DNA from: Trypethelium eluteriae
Lineage: Eukaryota
DNA: 35,006 nt
Reading direction: 5' to 3'
Assembly (NCBI GenBank): GCA_051942245.1
Contig: JAVECL010000220.1
Span: forward strand, 1 to 35,006
A program made the translations under genes and the position numbers. Of the stretch, positions 1 through 11,543 are shown one piece after another. Position 1 is the stretch's first letter; the number at the start of each line of letters is the position of its first letter. The notes beneath the pieces are model-generated. The model did no database searches, was not told the DNA's origin, and was given only the letters and a program-made list of their open reading frames with translations.

Positions 1-1267
1 TCTTAGTACTTACTCCCGCTCGGCTTTCTCCTTAAAGCCATCCATCCGCCGTTGCGGCCGGAAGACATCGTCACTAGTTATTGTAAGCCCCTTCGCGCTA
101 GATGCTGCACATGCGTCTAGATTTGGGCGAGGAGCAGACCACTTCTTGCCGTACCGTGTTAGAGTATGGTTTTCTTGACGTGTCGGTAAGAACAGAAGAG
201 CATCTATCCGAAAATGTAAGTCAGGGCTTGGAAACGGCCGGAGTTTGCATACCTAAAGGACAGAAGTCTTGTCGCAGACTACTGTCTCAAGCCTCTGTGA
301 ACGCACTGGTCTGAGAACATGATTTACTCGCTTCACGCCTTCGTCGAAAGATGTCAAAGCTGTTTGAGCTACGTCAATTTCGTGTTCATTTCACGGATAT
401 ATGCCCGCGAAATTACAAGGATGTTAATCTGGTCAATCGCTCCCTAGCTTACACTGTGGCCTATTTCATGATGGACATTCTCCCGCATGCATAGGCTGAC
501 AAGATTTTTGGAACGTGGTCTGCTCTGTCGGTGGGCTCATGAAAGATCCAACACTCAAGACCTCAATCTACCTACGTCATGCCGGTCTCACAGTTCCTGC
601 TTTAAACTGGCATTCATGGAAGATAAAACACGAACCTCCTCCACGATAACCCTGATGCATTAGCACACCATATCTGGTGATAGACTGGGTAATGAATCTG
701 TTTCCTGTAGTTCCTATGGCAATTTGAGTAGTCTCATCGTACCTCGACAAACGGCATCATTCTTGCGTAATTGGCCCGAGAAAGTCCCGGGCAGTATATG
801 CAGCGAAGGAGATGGCGCTCAAATTTGAACCTGGAGCCTCCTCTCATCAGTCCGTGGCCATGCAGATACGACGGCAGGGAGACTGATCCAGAGTATGAGT
901 GTATGACTTAAGAGCTGTTACTCTGGCGTAGAAGATGTCACACAAGATGTCTGGCAGCGACCTAGCAAGCACTGAGGGCGGCGATGGCATGAGTCGAATC
1001 TTCTTCCCCCGGACAATTGCGGTCTCTCGATACAGTAGCCTCTGATTGCTACACCTGGCCAGACATCTACGGAGTGAGAATTTGAACACGAGCAAATTCT
1101 AGGAAGTGAAGTTCGAACTCATCTTCCCTAGCAGTCCATGAGGGCAGACATAGTGAGAGTGTCCAATGCCGTCAATGCGACCTTTCGAAGTTTCACGCCA
1201 ATGATGAAATATCATGTAGCTCAGCCTTGGTTACCCAATACACCATCTACAGAATGCACAAACATGA

Positions 1268-2579
1268 TTATAATCGCGCTTTATCTTCGTCGTCCAATTC
1301 AACAAAAACTTTTAGGACTAGCTGTCCATTCTCGTCCTTTGTCTTACCAGCCATTTCAAAGGCTTTGTCAAGGCCTTCCAACCCTCGGTAACGATGTGTG
1401 ACGAGCTTAGAAAAGTCAGGATGGTCCGGACCGTTCTTGGAGACTACCTCAATACCCTTTGGGTAGGTATTTGCATATCGGAAGACGCCAACGAGATCGA
1501 CCTCCCGGTGAGCAGCGGCCGATATTGGAAGTGTCTGAACTGGGGTGCCCATGCCAATCAGCATAACTCGTCCACCTGGACGAGTAGCCTGCGAATCATA
1601 AGCAGGTGAAACGATGTCACGCCTATCAAACTTACGTAAATTGCGGCCTGTAAACAGGAAGGCACGCCGGTGCACTCGAAAGCCGCATCGACTTCTCCAA
1701 CGGGAGATCCATCTTGCCTTGACACTTTGCTGACTTCGACAGCTGTCTCTCTTGCTATTTGAAGATTCTCTTCGATGCTATTTCCACGTCTCATGGGCAC
1801 TACAAAGCCCCTGTGCGCAAATCCGTTCTTGACTGCAAAATCCACCCTCCCCTGGTCAATGTCGGCTATCACAACTGTACTTGAGCCTTCAATCTTGGCC
1901 ATGGCCGAGACCAATAGGCCCACCGCACCAGCACCAAATACCAACGTTGTGCTATTCGGCGATAGCTGTGCTCGTCGGGAGGCGTGAATAGCGACTCCAA
2001 GAGGCTCGAGTAATGCACCCAGATCCAGCGACACACTCTCGGGCAGCCTAGAAGTGCTCAGCACTCTTCCAAGCTTCCCATACACTCAGAAATCTTACTT
2101 GTGGCACCAAATCGCCGGATGATTTATTCTCTCTTGTAACGTCCCCTGAGAGTGCGGAAACGCTTTCGCCGAGCTCCTAAACTGCATTCCCTTGCATATA
2201 TTGTATCTTCCTTCTTTACATCTATCACACTCTCCACACGGTAATCCGACCTCCAGTGCCACCTTGTCTCCGATCTGAAAGCCAGAGACATGAGAACCGA
2301 CTGCAGTGACCACGCCGGCAGATTCGTGCCCGAGAGACATAGGCTCCCGCACTAATATGTCGCCATTACGATTATGTTGAAAATAGTGAAGATCTGAACC
2401 GCAGAGACCAGTAGCACGGACAGAGACTTGGAGTTCATCATGCAAGGGAGGCAGGAGATTGCGGGTTTCCTAGAACAAGTCAGGAGATAGTCATTGAAAA
2501 ATGAGGAACCACGCTTCCTTACGATGCGGAGGTCCTTTGCTCCGTGTAATACGGATGCCTTGACTGGAGTAGCCGCCAT
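1268..2579 (-). CDS. Zn-dependent medium-chain dehydrogenase, sorbitol/xylitol/L-idonate 5-dehydrogenase family (GluE-like candidate)
   Basis: Four exons (2579-2523, 2469-2099, 2047-1636, 1588-1268) joined by GT..AG introns. N-terminus MAATPVKASVLHGAKDLRI, catalytic-Zn motifs GLCGSD and LGHE, structural Zn CGECDRCKEGRYNIC, Rossmann GAGAVG followed by acidic ADID (NAD-type), C-terminal GVFRYANTYP. Confidence 0.92.
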
Positions 2580-2948
2580 GTCGAGTGCCTGGATGGAATC
2601 TTCAAAGTTACGACACAAGCTCTTGTTGAGTGGGAGTACTGCGGTTTGACATTAGGTCATTTTGTGCACCTACGAAAAGTCGGGTTCTAGATTTAGACCC
2701 TTCGACTGATTCTAAAGCAAATACTACACATCGGAATAGGGCATTTTCGGAAAAATATCCATAGCTAGAGTGAGGTCCGCAGTCGGGACCTAAATCATTG
2801 GGTACGATAGCACGGAAGGTTGCACCTGTTGAGTGGCTTCGGGTGAAAGCCACCCCGCCGTCGGCAACAGATTTTCTTCAGGGTTCGGCAAGCTTCAGAA
2901 CATTTCTCACACAGCTCCATCCTGACCCTCTCTCCGTAAATCGTAATA
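2580..2948. promoter_or_regulatory. 369-bp divergent (bidirectional) promoter shared by the MDR and SDR genes
   Basis: Head-to-head start codons at 2579 (-) and 2949 (+). Contains several CGG triplets and a CreA-type SYGGRG match (ccccgc, 2853-2858). Confidence 0.6.
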
Positions 2949-3799
2949 ATGACGCCAATACAGCAGCTTTTCTCCCTAGAGGGGCAGACAGCTTTAGTAA
3001 CAGGAGGTACGAGAGGAATCGGGCAAGCAATGGCATTGGCATTGGCAGAAGCCGGTGCTGATGTGGTACTTATTCAGGTAGAACAAGATTCCTTACAACT
3101 CCATTAGCCAATGGTCTAACAAAGTACTAGCGAGACACTTCCAATCAACAAACGAAATCTCGAATTGAATCCCTTGGTCGCAAAGCCCAAATTGTCACTG
3201 CCGACCTCTCCTCCCCCGAGTCTGTCAAAGATATACCCTCTAAAGTCTTCGCCGTAGTCCCTCGCATACACGTCCTACTGACCTGTGCTGGAATCCAAAA
3301 AAGACACCCGGCTCATGAGTTCCCTGACTCGGATTGGAACCAAGTCCTCCAAGTAAATTTGAACTGCGTATTTCATCTCTGTCGTGATATTGGGGCACAT
3401 ATGCTTTCTCAATCACCTTTGGACCCCAACGGTACCAGCGCCTACAGGGGTTCAATTATCAATGTCGCATCCCTCCTCTCATTTCAGGGTGGTATCACCA
3501 TTCCAGCATACGCAGCCTCAAAAGGAGGCGTGGCGCAGTTGACAAAGGCACTCTCGAATGAGTGGGTAAGCAAAGGGGTCAAGGTCAATGCAATTGCTCC
3601 TGGCTATATTGCGACAGAGATGAATACCGCGCTAATAAACGACAAAGAGAGGGCAGCCGGCATACTGGCCAGAATACCGGCGGCTAGATGGGGATCCCCT
3701 GACGATTTCAAGGGAGCCATCGTATATCTTGCGAGTCGAGCGAGTTGCTATGTAAGTGGAGAGGTGCTCACGGTTGATGGCGGATGGATGGGCCGATAA
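2949..3799 (+). CDS. Short-chain dehydrogenase/reductase, KduD / 2-deoxy-D-gluconate 3-dehydrogenase / gluconate 5-dehydrogenase-like (GluF-like candidate)
   Basis: Exons 2949-3077 and 3131-3799. [51 protein letters not shown], catalytic [21 protein letters not shown]. Confidence 0.92.
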
Positions 3800-5318
3800 T
3801 CAGACGGATAAAAAGGTACACTTCGAATTCTCTGAAAATAGATGTTTTTTTTCACACGCGCATGAAGAGAACTTCGGTTAGGACGTTATCTTGATAATTC
3901 GCGCTACATAGAAGCCCCTCTCTAATACGCGAAGTATACGCAAATCTACTTTCTTTTGTTACTCTGAAAGTAACGCGCCGTAGCACAACGATGTCGCACT
4001 AGTGCCAAGCTGCATTCTGTACCCTTGCGCGCTGGCCGGCGCGTGAGCACTCATAGCATGTCGAGACCTGGTTAAGATATCTCTGCCATGCTGAGCTGCA
4101 TCCGATTTAGCTTTTCCATGACCTATCGGCCCTCGTGGAATTCAAGACTGGGTATGGACTTTCACTCTCGCAAGAGCTCATGAGATTACGACAGCCAGGC
4201 GTACATCGTAGAGTCAAATATAGTCAGAGGCACGAGCTTCCAATGCGTCACAAAGCATATCAAGTCGAAACAAATCTTACATCTGGTCAGATTGAGGCGC
4301 CCAGTAGAGCGATCCACTGTTTTGCTCTCGACCTCGAACAACTTTTGGGATTCAAAACCAAGACATTCTGGGAATATCCAAATCACCTTCTCAAGTGGTC
4401 TTCAGAATGACAAATGCTCTCCCGCGGTGTCTGTCCGACAGACTGGCATTGTGGGCAGTCTCTCAATGCAGGTTCAACAAAGCGTGCGTGAGTAAGTAAC
4501 TTTCGATATACGGAAAATACAATTTTGTTTCCGCTAAACATTGTAGCGATCTTTGAGGGTACAGGGTTGATTCAATGTCTATAAGGTTTCTCGCGTTCGG
4601 GAGGTTGTCGGATCTCCTTCGTCTTGCCGAATTAGTCAACTCGAGAGCACGAACTAAAAGATCTATCCTTCGGATTTCTAAACTAAACCCATACTCATCC
4701 CTCCAAGATGTAATAATACTCGTATTATGTCACAAGCTTCAACAGCTTAGCGGATGTATTACTGCATTAGGCAATGCAGCAGCCTGGGCGTTCACAACAT
4801 TCTCACGTCCGTGGAAGTCTATCCATAAACTAACATCATCTGCTTGTCATCCAGTGCTTATCTGCGGACCGGTTACCTCTTTGAGTTCTGGCTCTGAGCG
4901 ATGTTATTGTTGGTGCCGAGTTTTGCATCATATCGAACACTCTAATTGGAGGCGATGAGCATGAGGGGGGTATATTGCGTGCCATGGCTGGATACTTGGA
5001 ATGTGACTATGCATTGCCTTGGGTGGGGTCTTTTCTCAGGCGGGAAGCCAAGAATCATTCGAGGTTGGTGTGATAACGCATTGTTCAACGAGTTGCATCA
5101 TTTGATCCCGGCATTTGAGACACGAGAAGTCAACTCCTCCGAATCACCTTTTATTAAAGACCTAAAGGAGGAAACAACAAGAAAAGCTCTCGCACCTACA
5201 CTGACCAACCTCGAGACAAATCTAGATCTTTTATTCTTCCAGCCTCATAATACCCTCACTCTTCTAGAGTTTTTAATCATATATCTTCTCTATCGCCCAA
5301 ATATCTCACTATTTCACC

Positions 5319-6350
5319 ATGGCACCAGCTGCCATTATCGAAAAACCAAATAGCAATGAAAGCTTCAACAACAATCGGGATGGTCTTGCCTTAGAGGCGA
5401 CCTCAGATAGCATTGACGAAGTCAACGTCCTCAAGGCTGCCATGAAAGCTGGCCAAGGCAATGCTGCCGAGATGGGAAAGGGCATCTACGAGGAGTCGCA
5501 GTTCGATGTCGAGAAAGATAAGACTCAGTTTCGGCAATATGAGGAAGCCTGTGACCGTGTGAAGAATTTTTACCGCGAACAGCACGAGAAGCAAACAGTC
5601 GCATACAACCTCAAGGCTCGTAATGACTTCAAATCCAAGACACGTGCCGAGATGACCATTTGGCAAGCCATGGAGAAGCTCAACACCCTCATTGACGAGT
5701 CTGACCCGGATACATCGCTCTCACAAATCGAGCACCTCCTCCAATCTGCTGAAGCCATACGTCGTGATGGCAAGCCTCGATGGATGCAACTTACGGGTCT
5801 CATCCATGATCTGGGCAAGCTGCTCTTCTTCTTTGATGCACGTGGCCAATGGGACGTCGTTGGTGACACTTTCCCAGTTGGCTGCGCCTTTGACGAGAAG
5901 ATTATCTATCCCGACACATTCAAGGGCAACCCTGACTTTGACAACGAAATCTACTCTTCCAAGTATGGCATTTACTCTCCAGGCTGCGGCTTGGACAATG
6001 TCATGTTGAGTTGGGGCCACGATGAGTATCTCTATCACATTGCCAAAGCACAAAGCACGCTCCCAGACGAGGCACTGGCCATGATCCGATACCACTCGTT
6101 TTATCCTTGGCACTCAGCCGGCGCCTACTCGTGGATGATGGATGGCCATGATAAGAAGATGCTTGAAGCCGTCAGAGCTTTTAATCCGTACGATCTCTAC
6201 AGCAAGAGTGACGACATCCCAAAGATCGAGGATCTCAAGGTATCTATCCCTTTAAAGAGCTCCAATAGAACTTGAGACTAATTACTTGACTAGCCTTACT
6301 ACATGGAGCTCATTGACGAATACTTTCCTAACAAAGTCGTCAAGTGGTGA
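5319..6350 (+). CDS. MIOX: myo-inositol oxygenase (inositol to D-glucuronate)
   Basis: Exons 5319-6239 and 6294-6350 (PYYMELIDEYFPNKVVKW*). Hallmark motifs DESDPD, QIEHLLQSAE, HDLGK, QWDVVGDTFPVGC, SWGHDEYLY, IRYHSFYPWH, YDLYSK. Confidence 0.97.
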
Positions 6351-6832
6351 TATCTTAGCGTTCAGGACTTGCACGTGCCAAATGGCTTGACTTCTTGTAT
6401 ATTACTGTTGGTGTTTCCGGCTACAGTAACCAGCTTCGAAGGGTAGCAGTGGACGTCTTACCTCAAGTTCCTTCATCAGAACAAAAAGAGCAGTTCTGTC
6501 GTCCCACCTATTTGTTGTACCTTTGTGATGAAAGAAGTTGCTCCATACATGTTCCATGATGTGGCCTGCTTACTTTCTTTTGATTACACAATCGAGTCGA
6601 CTAGAGTTTCAATCAATAAACTTAAAGTATTGGTTTCGAGAAAAGCCTCGGCCTTGGTCTCTCTGGGCAACCTTCTCTATTTGAAGTTGAATGAAAGGAG
6701 CTCTGCATGATAGGAAACGTCGGAGCACGCGTGCATTTGTGGAAATTATGGATAAGACAATTGGATATTTGAAAAGCATATGCTATCATCATGGACGTGA
6801 AGAATTCCCAAACGCTTATTTACAAGGACACC

Positions 6833-7852
6833 TTATTCATAAAACACCAAACATCGGACCTCAATGCTCTGCCGTCCTGGAGCATCAGCTTTGGTCTGAG
6901 GATCTATGAAGGCGGTATGAGGCGTTCTCACGGCCTCCCCATCCCATCCTCCTGGCATCCCCTCCCCTCTGCTATCAAAGCACTTCAGGAACATCACCTC
7001 ATCAGGTGTCATGTCCTTCACATAATAAAATTTATGCTGGTCACTTGCCGCCACTGCCAATGTCTCTCCCTTGACCTCATACCCGTCAGTCGAGTTCCAT
7101 GACTCAGGATTTGGCAACTTCTCCTTGCCGCGGTCATCGTCCGCATCTCCCTCCATAGGCGAATCTGACCGCTTGGGGTACAATAGGTCGACAGGAATAA
7201 AGTCTTTGGGCTGCGTGGACCGCCAATCGATAACGGCGAGAGGGAAGTCTGACGCCGCATGCTCGATAGGTCGCCAGACATTGATGATCTGGTATCGTCC
7301 CTTCAACAGCTCTTCAGCCTCAGCGGCGGGCAGATGGCGCCTAACGCGAACGGCCGCAGCACCTGGTGTCTGGTCGACGTGGACCTGCTGGACAGGTTGC
7401 CGCGGGGCATCCTTCTGTCGGCGCCGTATGGTGTGGTCGAAGATGACGACTTTCTTAACACCGGGGAGGCGAGATTTGAGGAGTGACTCAACTTCGGAAT
7501 AGTACCCTTCACGGACGGCTTTGTCATCGGTAAAGGATTTTTCTAGGGCCGGTGAGTTATAGATGGCGAATCCGGAGTTGTCGGTTGTGAAGTCAGAACT
7601 GGAGTCGCGGATATCATGAACCAAGCGTTGGTAATCGCGCAACTTGAAGGAGGACCCCGGACCATCGACTTTGGTCCATGGCTTCGGCGCAGTCGAAGAG
7701 GAGAGGTCTATGTATTTAAATGTAGCTGTTGTCATAATCGCTCTTTGAGACAATGGTTGTCCGAAAGAAGGAAATTTGGTAATTGGGAGCGGGGCGCTGT
7801 CTGTTAGAGCTTTACAGAGTGTTCGTCTAACCTGAGGCAAGCGCAAGATCAT
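6833..7852 (-). CDS. AsaB/CmcJ/NvfI-like (GA4-desaturase family) hydroxylase/desaturase
   Basis: Intronless 339-aa ORF with FDHTIRR, VHVDQT, INVWRPI, PLAVIDWRS, PHTAF and RQSIEVRCLV motifs. An alternative start at MTTATF is possible. Confidence 0.85.
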   Translation of the reverse strand: MILRLPQVRRTLCKALTDSAPLPITKFPSFGQPLSQRAIMTTATFKYIDLSSSTAPKPWTKVDGPGSSFKLRDYQRLVHDIRDSSSDFTTDNSGFAIYNSPALEKSFTDDKAVREGYYSEVESLLKSRLPGVKKVVIFDHTIRRRQKDAPRQPVQQVHVDQTPGAAAVRVRRHLPAAEAEELLKGRYQIINVWRPIEHAASDFPLAVIDWRSTQPKDFIPVDLLYPKRSDSPMEGDADDDRGKEKLPNPESWNSTDGYEVKGETLAVAASDQHKFYYVKDMTPDEVMFLKCFDSRGEGMPGGWDGEAVRTPHTAFIDPQTKADAPGRQSIEVRCLVFYE

Positions 7853-8146
7853 TAGCTTTCAAGAGATGGAGAAAGTGATAAGATATAGAGTATATACGTT
7901 TTTCCAAGGCCTTGGCGGGATATAAGTAAGTTACCTTAGATAGAAGACAATTGAATATTAATAAAATAGATGATTGGAAATATACAATGGCGTCATTCTG
8001 CCGGCGGGCGCAAGACTTGCTCGGCTTGCTTTTCCGCGAGTTATCTCCGCATTCTCCTACAAATCAAACCTTCACCAAGTCAAGCTCTTCTGAGCAGACG
8101 AAAGCTGACTACTCCAATATTGGACAAGATCCACGAAGAAGGTGTC

Positions 8147-8765
8147 ATGGCAATCTTGAGGGCTACCAAATCGATTTCTTCTCCCAGACTTCACGCCTCA
8201 TATTACTCAACTGGTTTCAATCCAAGCATTCGAAGGATGTCGACGACTAATCCAATTGCTAGGGTTAAGTCGCTGGACCATCTCGTCTTGACTGTTAAGG
8301 ACATCCCCACTACTATATCCTTTTATGAAAAGTATCTTGGCATGAAATCCACTTCTTTCGGTTCATCTTCGTCCATATCCCCACCTGCCAAGCGCTACGC
8401 TCTCTCCTATGGCACGCAAAAGATCAATCTGCACCAATTAGGTGCCGAGTTTGAACCGAAGGCAAAGAGTGTTTGCCCGGGTAGTGCGGACTTATGTTTC
8501 GTTTCTGACACGTCTGTTGATCAAATTCTGATGAGGCTGAGAGAAGAAGGCCTTGAGGTGCTAGAGGGAGGCGAAGTAGTAGAGAGGACAGGAGCTGTGG
8601 GAAAGCTCAGGAGCGTCTACATTCGTGATCCTGATGGCAACCTTATAGAGTATGCTCATTGAGACTTGGCGCATATGCAATCGCCGCGTATGATTGCGAC
8701 TAAGCTTCAAGATCAGTATTGCTAATTTCGTCGCCTCTTCTAGGATCTCGAATTATGGGTCATAA
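8147..8765 (+). CDS. Glyoxalase/VOC-domain protein (GLOD5-like)
   Basis: LDHLVLTVKDI, KINLHQ, PGSADLCF, RTGAVGKLRSVYIRDPDGNLIE. Intron 8650-8743 gives terminal ISNYGS*. Start chosen at ATG 8147; 7970 and 8237 are alternatives. Confidence 0.88.
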
Positions 8766-8934
8766 ACGAAGAAGTAATTGCGAAAGCGTGATTCTTGATC
8801 AAGGAGGAACAGCTTTCGGCTTCTTCACAACCAACTGCTTCGGATCTTCCAGATGACTTAACCATGTCTGCACGGTTTCACACATGCCACGCTCATTTAC
8901 AGACCTAGAGACGATGGGATACTTGCAGGGACTT

Positions 8935-10141
8935 ATGTGTAGTACGCTCCGGATGCGTACAGGGCAGCTTTATATCGAGTCTTTTCGTTCCGCGGGTCCC
9001 ACACCGCCCGCTCAATGACCTACGAGTCAAAAGGGTATCGTCCCATGGTAGTTTCCACGTTCTAAAACGCTGCGAAGTCGAATATGCGATCGGCAGCCGG
9101 CATGGTGAGCAATGATGCTTGCCTGAGCACGTACCGCATCAAAAAGCCAGTCAGCGTGTTGCAGCCTCAGCTTATCGAAGTCAACCGTCAATGCGTCAAT
9201 GGATAGATGGTTCCCGGGTTTGTGGGGGATGGGTGGGTAGAAAACCCACGGTACTGGAAACTTGCATGGGCGATGGGGTTTTGTATTGGCCGGACTTCAG
9301 CTTCGAAGCTTTTGCCGCCTCTGGTGGCCTACAACTCGTGTGCACCGTACTGTATCGTCTCCTTACGCTTGGCTTCGCTGCTTGAGAAGACTACCACCTC
9401 GCAGTCGGCTTTATTCGCGGACTGGATCGCAAGGTGTCCCAGTCCACCCATTCCAATGATGCCAACACGCCGAGTAGCTCGGACGTCGAACACATCAGAG
9501 ATATTAGACATGTTAGTGCCATCTCACATAAGAGCACAACCGGCAGCTAGACTTGTCTTCGGCGGAGGCGTGTGGACAAATATCTCCTGAAAGAGGACGT
9601 GAAGACCTGGAACCAATGTCAACTTCGCTAAAGGCATAGAAAAGTCTATTGGGGCAAGAACTCTCGAGGCTGTCGATGCATTGCTGGCACTTGAGGCACG
9701 ATGAATGCTGGTGGCCGAATGCGACAGCTCAACCATTGGGCATGGATCAGCGATGTCAAAGGTGTACATCGGTGGCAAGCTAGGATGAAGCTACATTCAA
9801 CGATAGCTGCTCCTTCGTGACCAAGATCCATGTCTTCGTTAAGGAAATGCTCACCAGTCCCACATAGACCGCAATGCGTAACCCGTAAGACGTTCTCTGT
9901 ACAATACGTCGGGAAGGATGATCCCTTGTAGAACGCGAAGTTCAGGCTGGAGTCTGCGAACCAGAGCTAGGACCGGCTCGTGCTTGCAAACCAAGCTTCA
10001 AGGTCTCGGGGAATATGGTCCGATGGACGTCAAACACTTATCGTGCAGCACTCAGTCCCATGGGTTCAAGTTGGAGCGATGCCTACGAGGGAGTGCGATG
10101 TAACGGTGGGTGCATTCGAAGGACAAGAAATCGTAGCCCCA
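8935..10141 (-). pseudogene. Decayed Zn/NADP-dependent alcohol dehydrogenase (cinnamyl-ADH-like)
   Basis: Collinear fragments in different frames: GYDFLSF (~10140), VLRVTHCGLCGTGEHFLNEDMDLGHEG (~9815-9892), CLKCQQCIDSLESSC (~9655-9700), RVGIIGMGGLGHLAIQSANKADCEVVVFSSSEAKRKE (~9360-9470), IFDFAAF* (~9060-9085). In-frame stops at ~9524 and ~9329. Boundaries are approximate. Confidence 0.82.
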
Positions 10142-10994
10142 ATTGCGCGATTTAGAAGTGTGGAGATAGGGCTAAGTCGCCTTCTTCCGTGATATCCGTA
10201 CTCTAATGTTACAGCCAACATCTAAGCGCGCATGGCGCCTCATACGCGGTGGGGGCTTGCATCCGCACGGCCCGTACAGTGAGACGGGAAGAGTTCGGTA
10301 CCTAGATGCCATTGATGTACCCCATCTTGCCGATCGGCGTTTTGTACGACAACTCTCATCTCCGCATCTGCACGTCTGCATTTCCATCTCACCACCTTAC
10401 CTGGCTGCATTTCTTTGCGGACAAAACCCCCAGCCCCGTTGTAGTCGGCTCCGCCAATCAGTCCGGCATCTCAGGTCACGTGGTAATAAGAAGTGCGGCC
10501 TTGGATGTTGACTGCAGGGAGATACCTTAAGATGCAAAGAATCATTGGCTTTTCAAAATATCCTAAGGAGAGAAGTAGGAGGTGGAAAGTCACACCTAAA
10601 CATAAAGACAAAAAGGAGAAGCGTCTCATGATGCATAGGGTAGTAATCCTCTTTCTGCTCCATGTGGTCTGCGATGCCCTCAGTGAATGCTCGGCCACCT
10701 CCACTATCCTCAAGCTCCTGTATTGAGGCACAAAAATCATCCCTACCTTCCAATCTACATGAAGCATCCACATACTTCTATGCATCTAAATAGATCCTGA
10801 GACCATATATTCCCTGCTTCAGCTGTAACTGCACGTCTTCACAGGCTTCCTACTCGGGTATCCGCAACGACTCTCAAAGGTGCCAAAGAAAGTTGGTACG
10901 TCCAGGCTGCAAAATCTCATTCACAGATCCGAAAATTTTGCCGAAGGTGCCAGCAGATGGCCTCCAACGCGATGAGCCTCTAGGAGAGACTGAG

Positions 10995-11260
10995 ATGCCC
11001 AAGCGGACTTTCAGTCCAATGAACATCGTTGCCGCTGCCTTCAATATCTGTCAGACGTGGGCAGGTGCAGGTGTGACCTCTGTCCTTGAAATTGCCCACG
11101 GCGATGGTGTTGATCTTGTCTTCTATGGCATGGTAATTATGATCTTCCTCTACGGAGCCACTGCCACCATCATTACCGTACCTCCTCAGATCGTGATTGG
11201 CATCGCAAGGTTTTGTGATGCTGCCTACGTGAACCAACGTTGGCACACCTTTCTGTCTCT
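10995..11260 (+). pseudogene. Truncated amino-acid/choline permease (APC family, HNM1-like) remnant
   Basis: MPKRTFSPMNIVAAAFNICQTWAG...LVFYGMV matches TM1-2 of fungal choline/GABA permeases and is joined to PPQIVIGIARF...QRWHTFL. The intervening AELAS..PTAGGQY segment and everything downstream are absent. Confidence 0.65.
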
Positions 11261-11543
11261 AGCCCGCATGAAACTAAAGTTGAGACGAGGACGCTACCGA
11301 TTGGCCCAGACTGGCGACAAATCGCTTGCAGCAGAGAAAAGGTCACGATAGTTTTCATGAAATGCGATACGAATTCAATGCGCAGTAGCTTGACAGAAAG
11401 ATAAGTGGAAGGATGATGAAATACACAGGTTCACTTCTAACGCCATCTCGGTCAATTTGTCCGGGTATTTACAAGCAATTACAGCAATACTATCACAAAC
11501 CTCCATAGGTCGTAGCACTCAGAACCAGATTCGTATTCGTCAA

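Noticed and set aside
1..1260. Short ORFs (102-314, 847-1095, 1138-1401)
   Set aside because: No recognisable motifs or splice-joinable frames; treated as intergenic or 3' flank.
3800..5318. ORFs 4135-4410, 4575-4958 and 4946-5353 between the SDR and MIOX
   Set aside because: No protein-family features; most likely MIOX promoter and 5' UTR.
10471..10785. Overlapping short ORFs that might be another gene relic
   Set aside because: I could not match them to any family; BLASTx would be needed.
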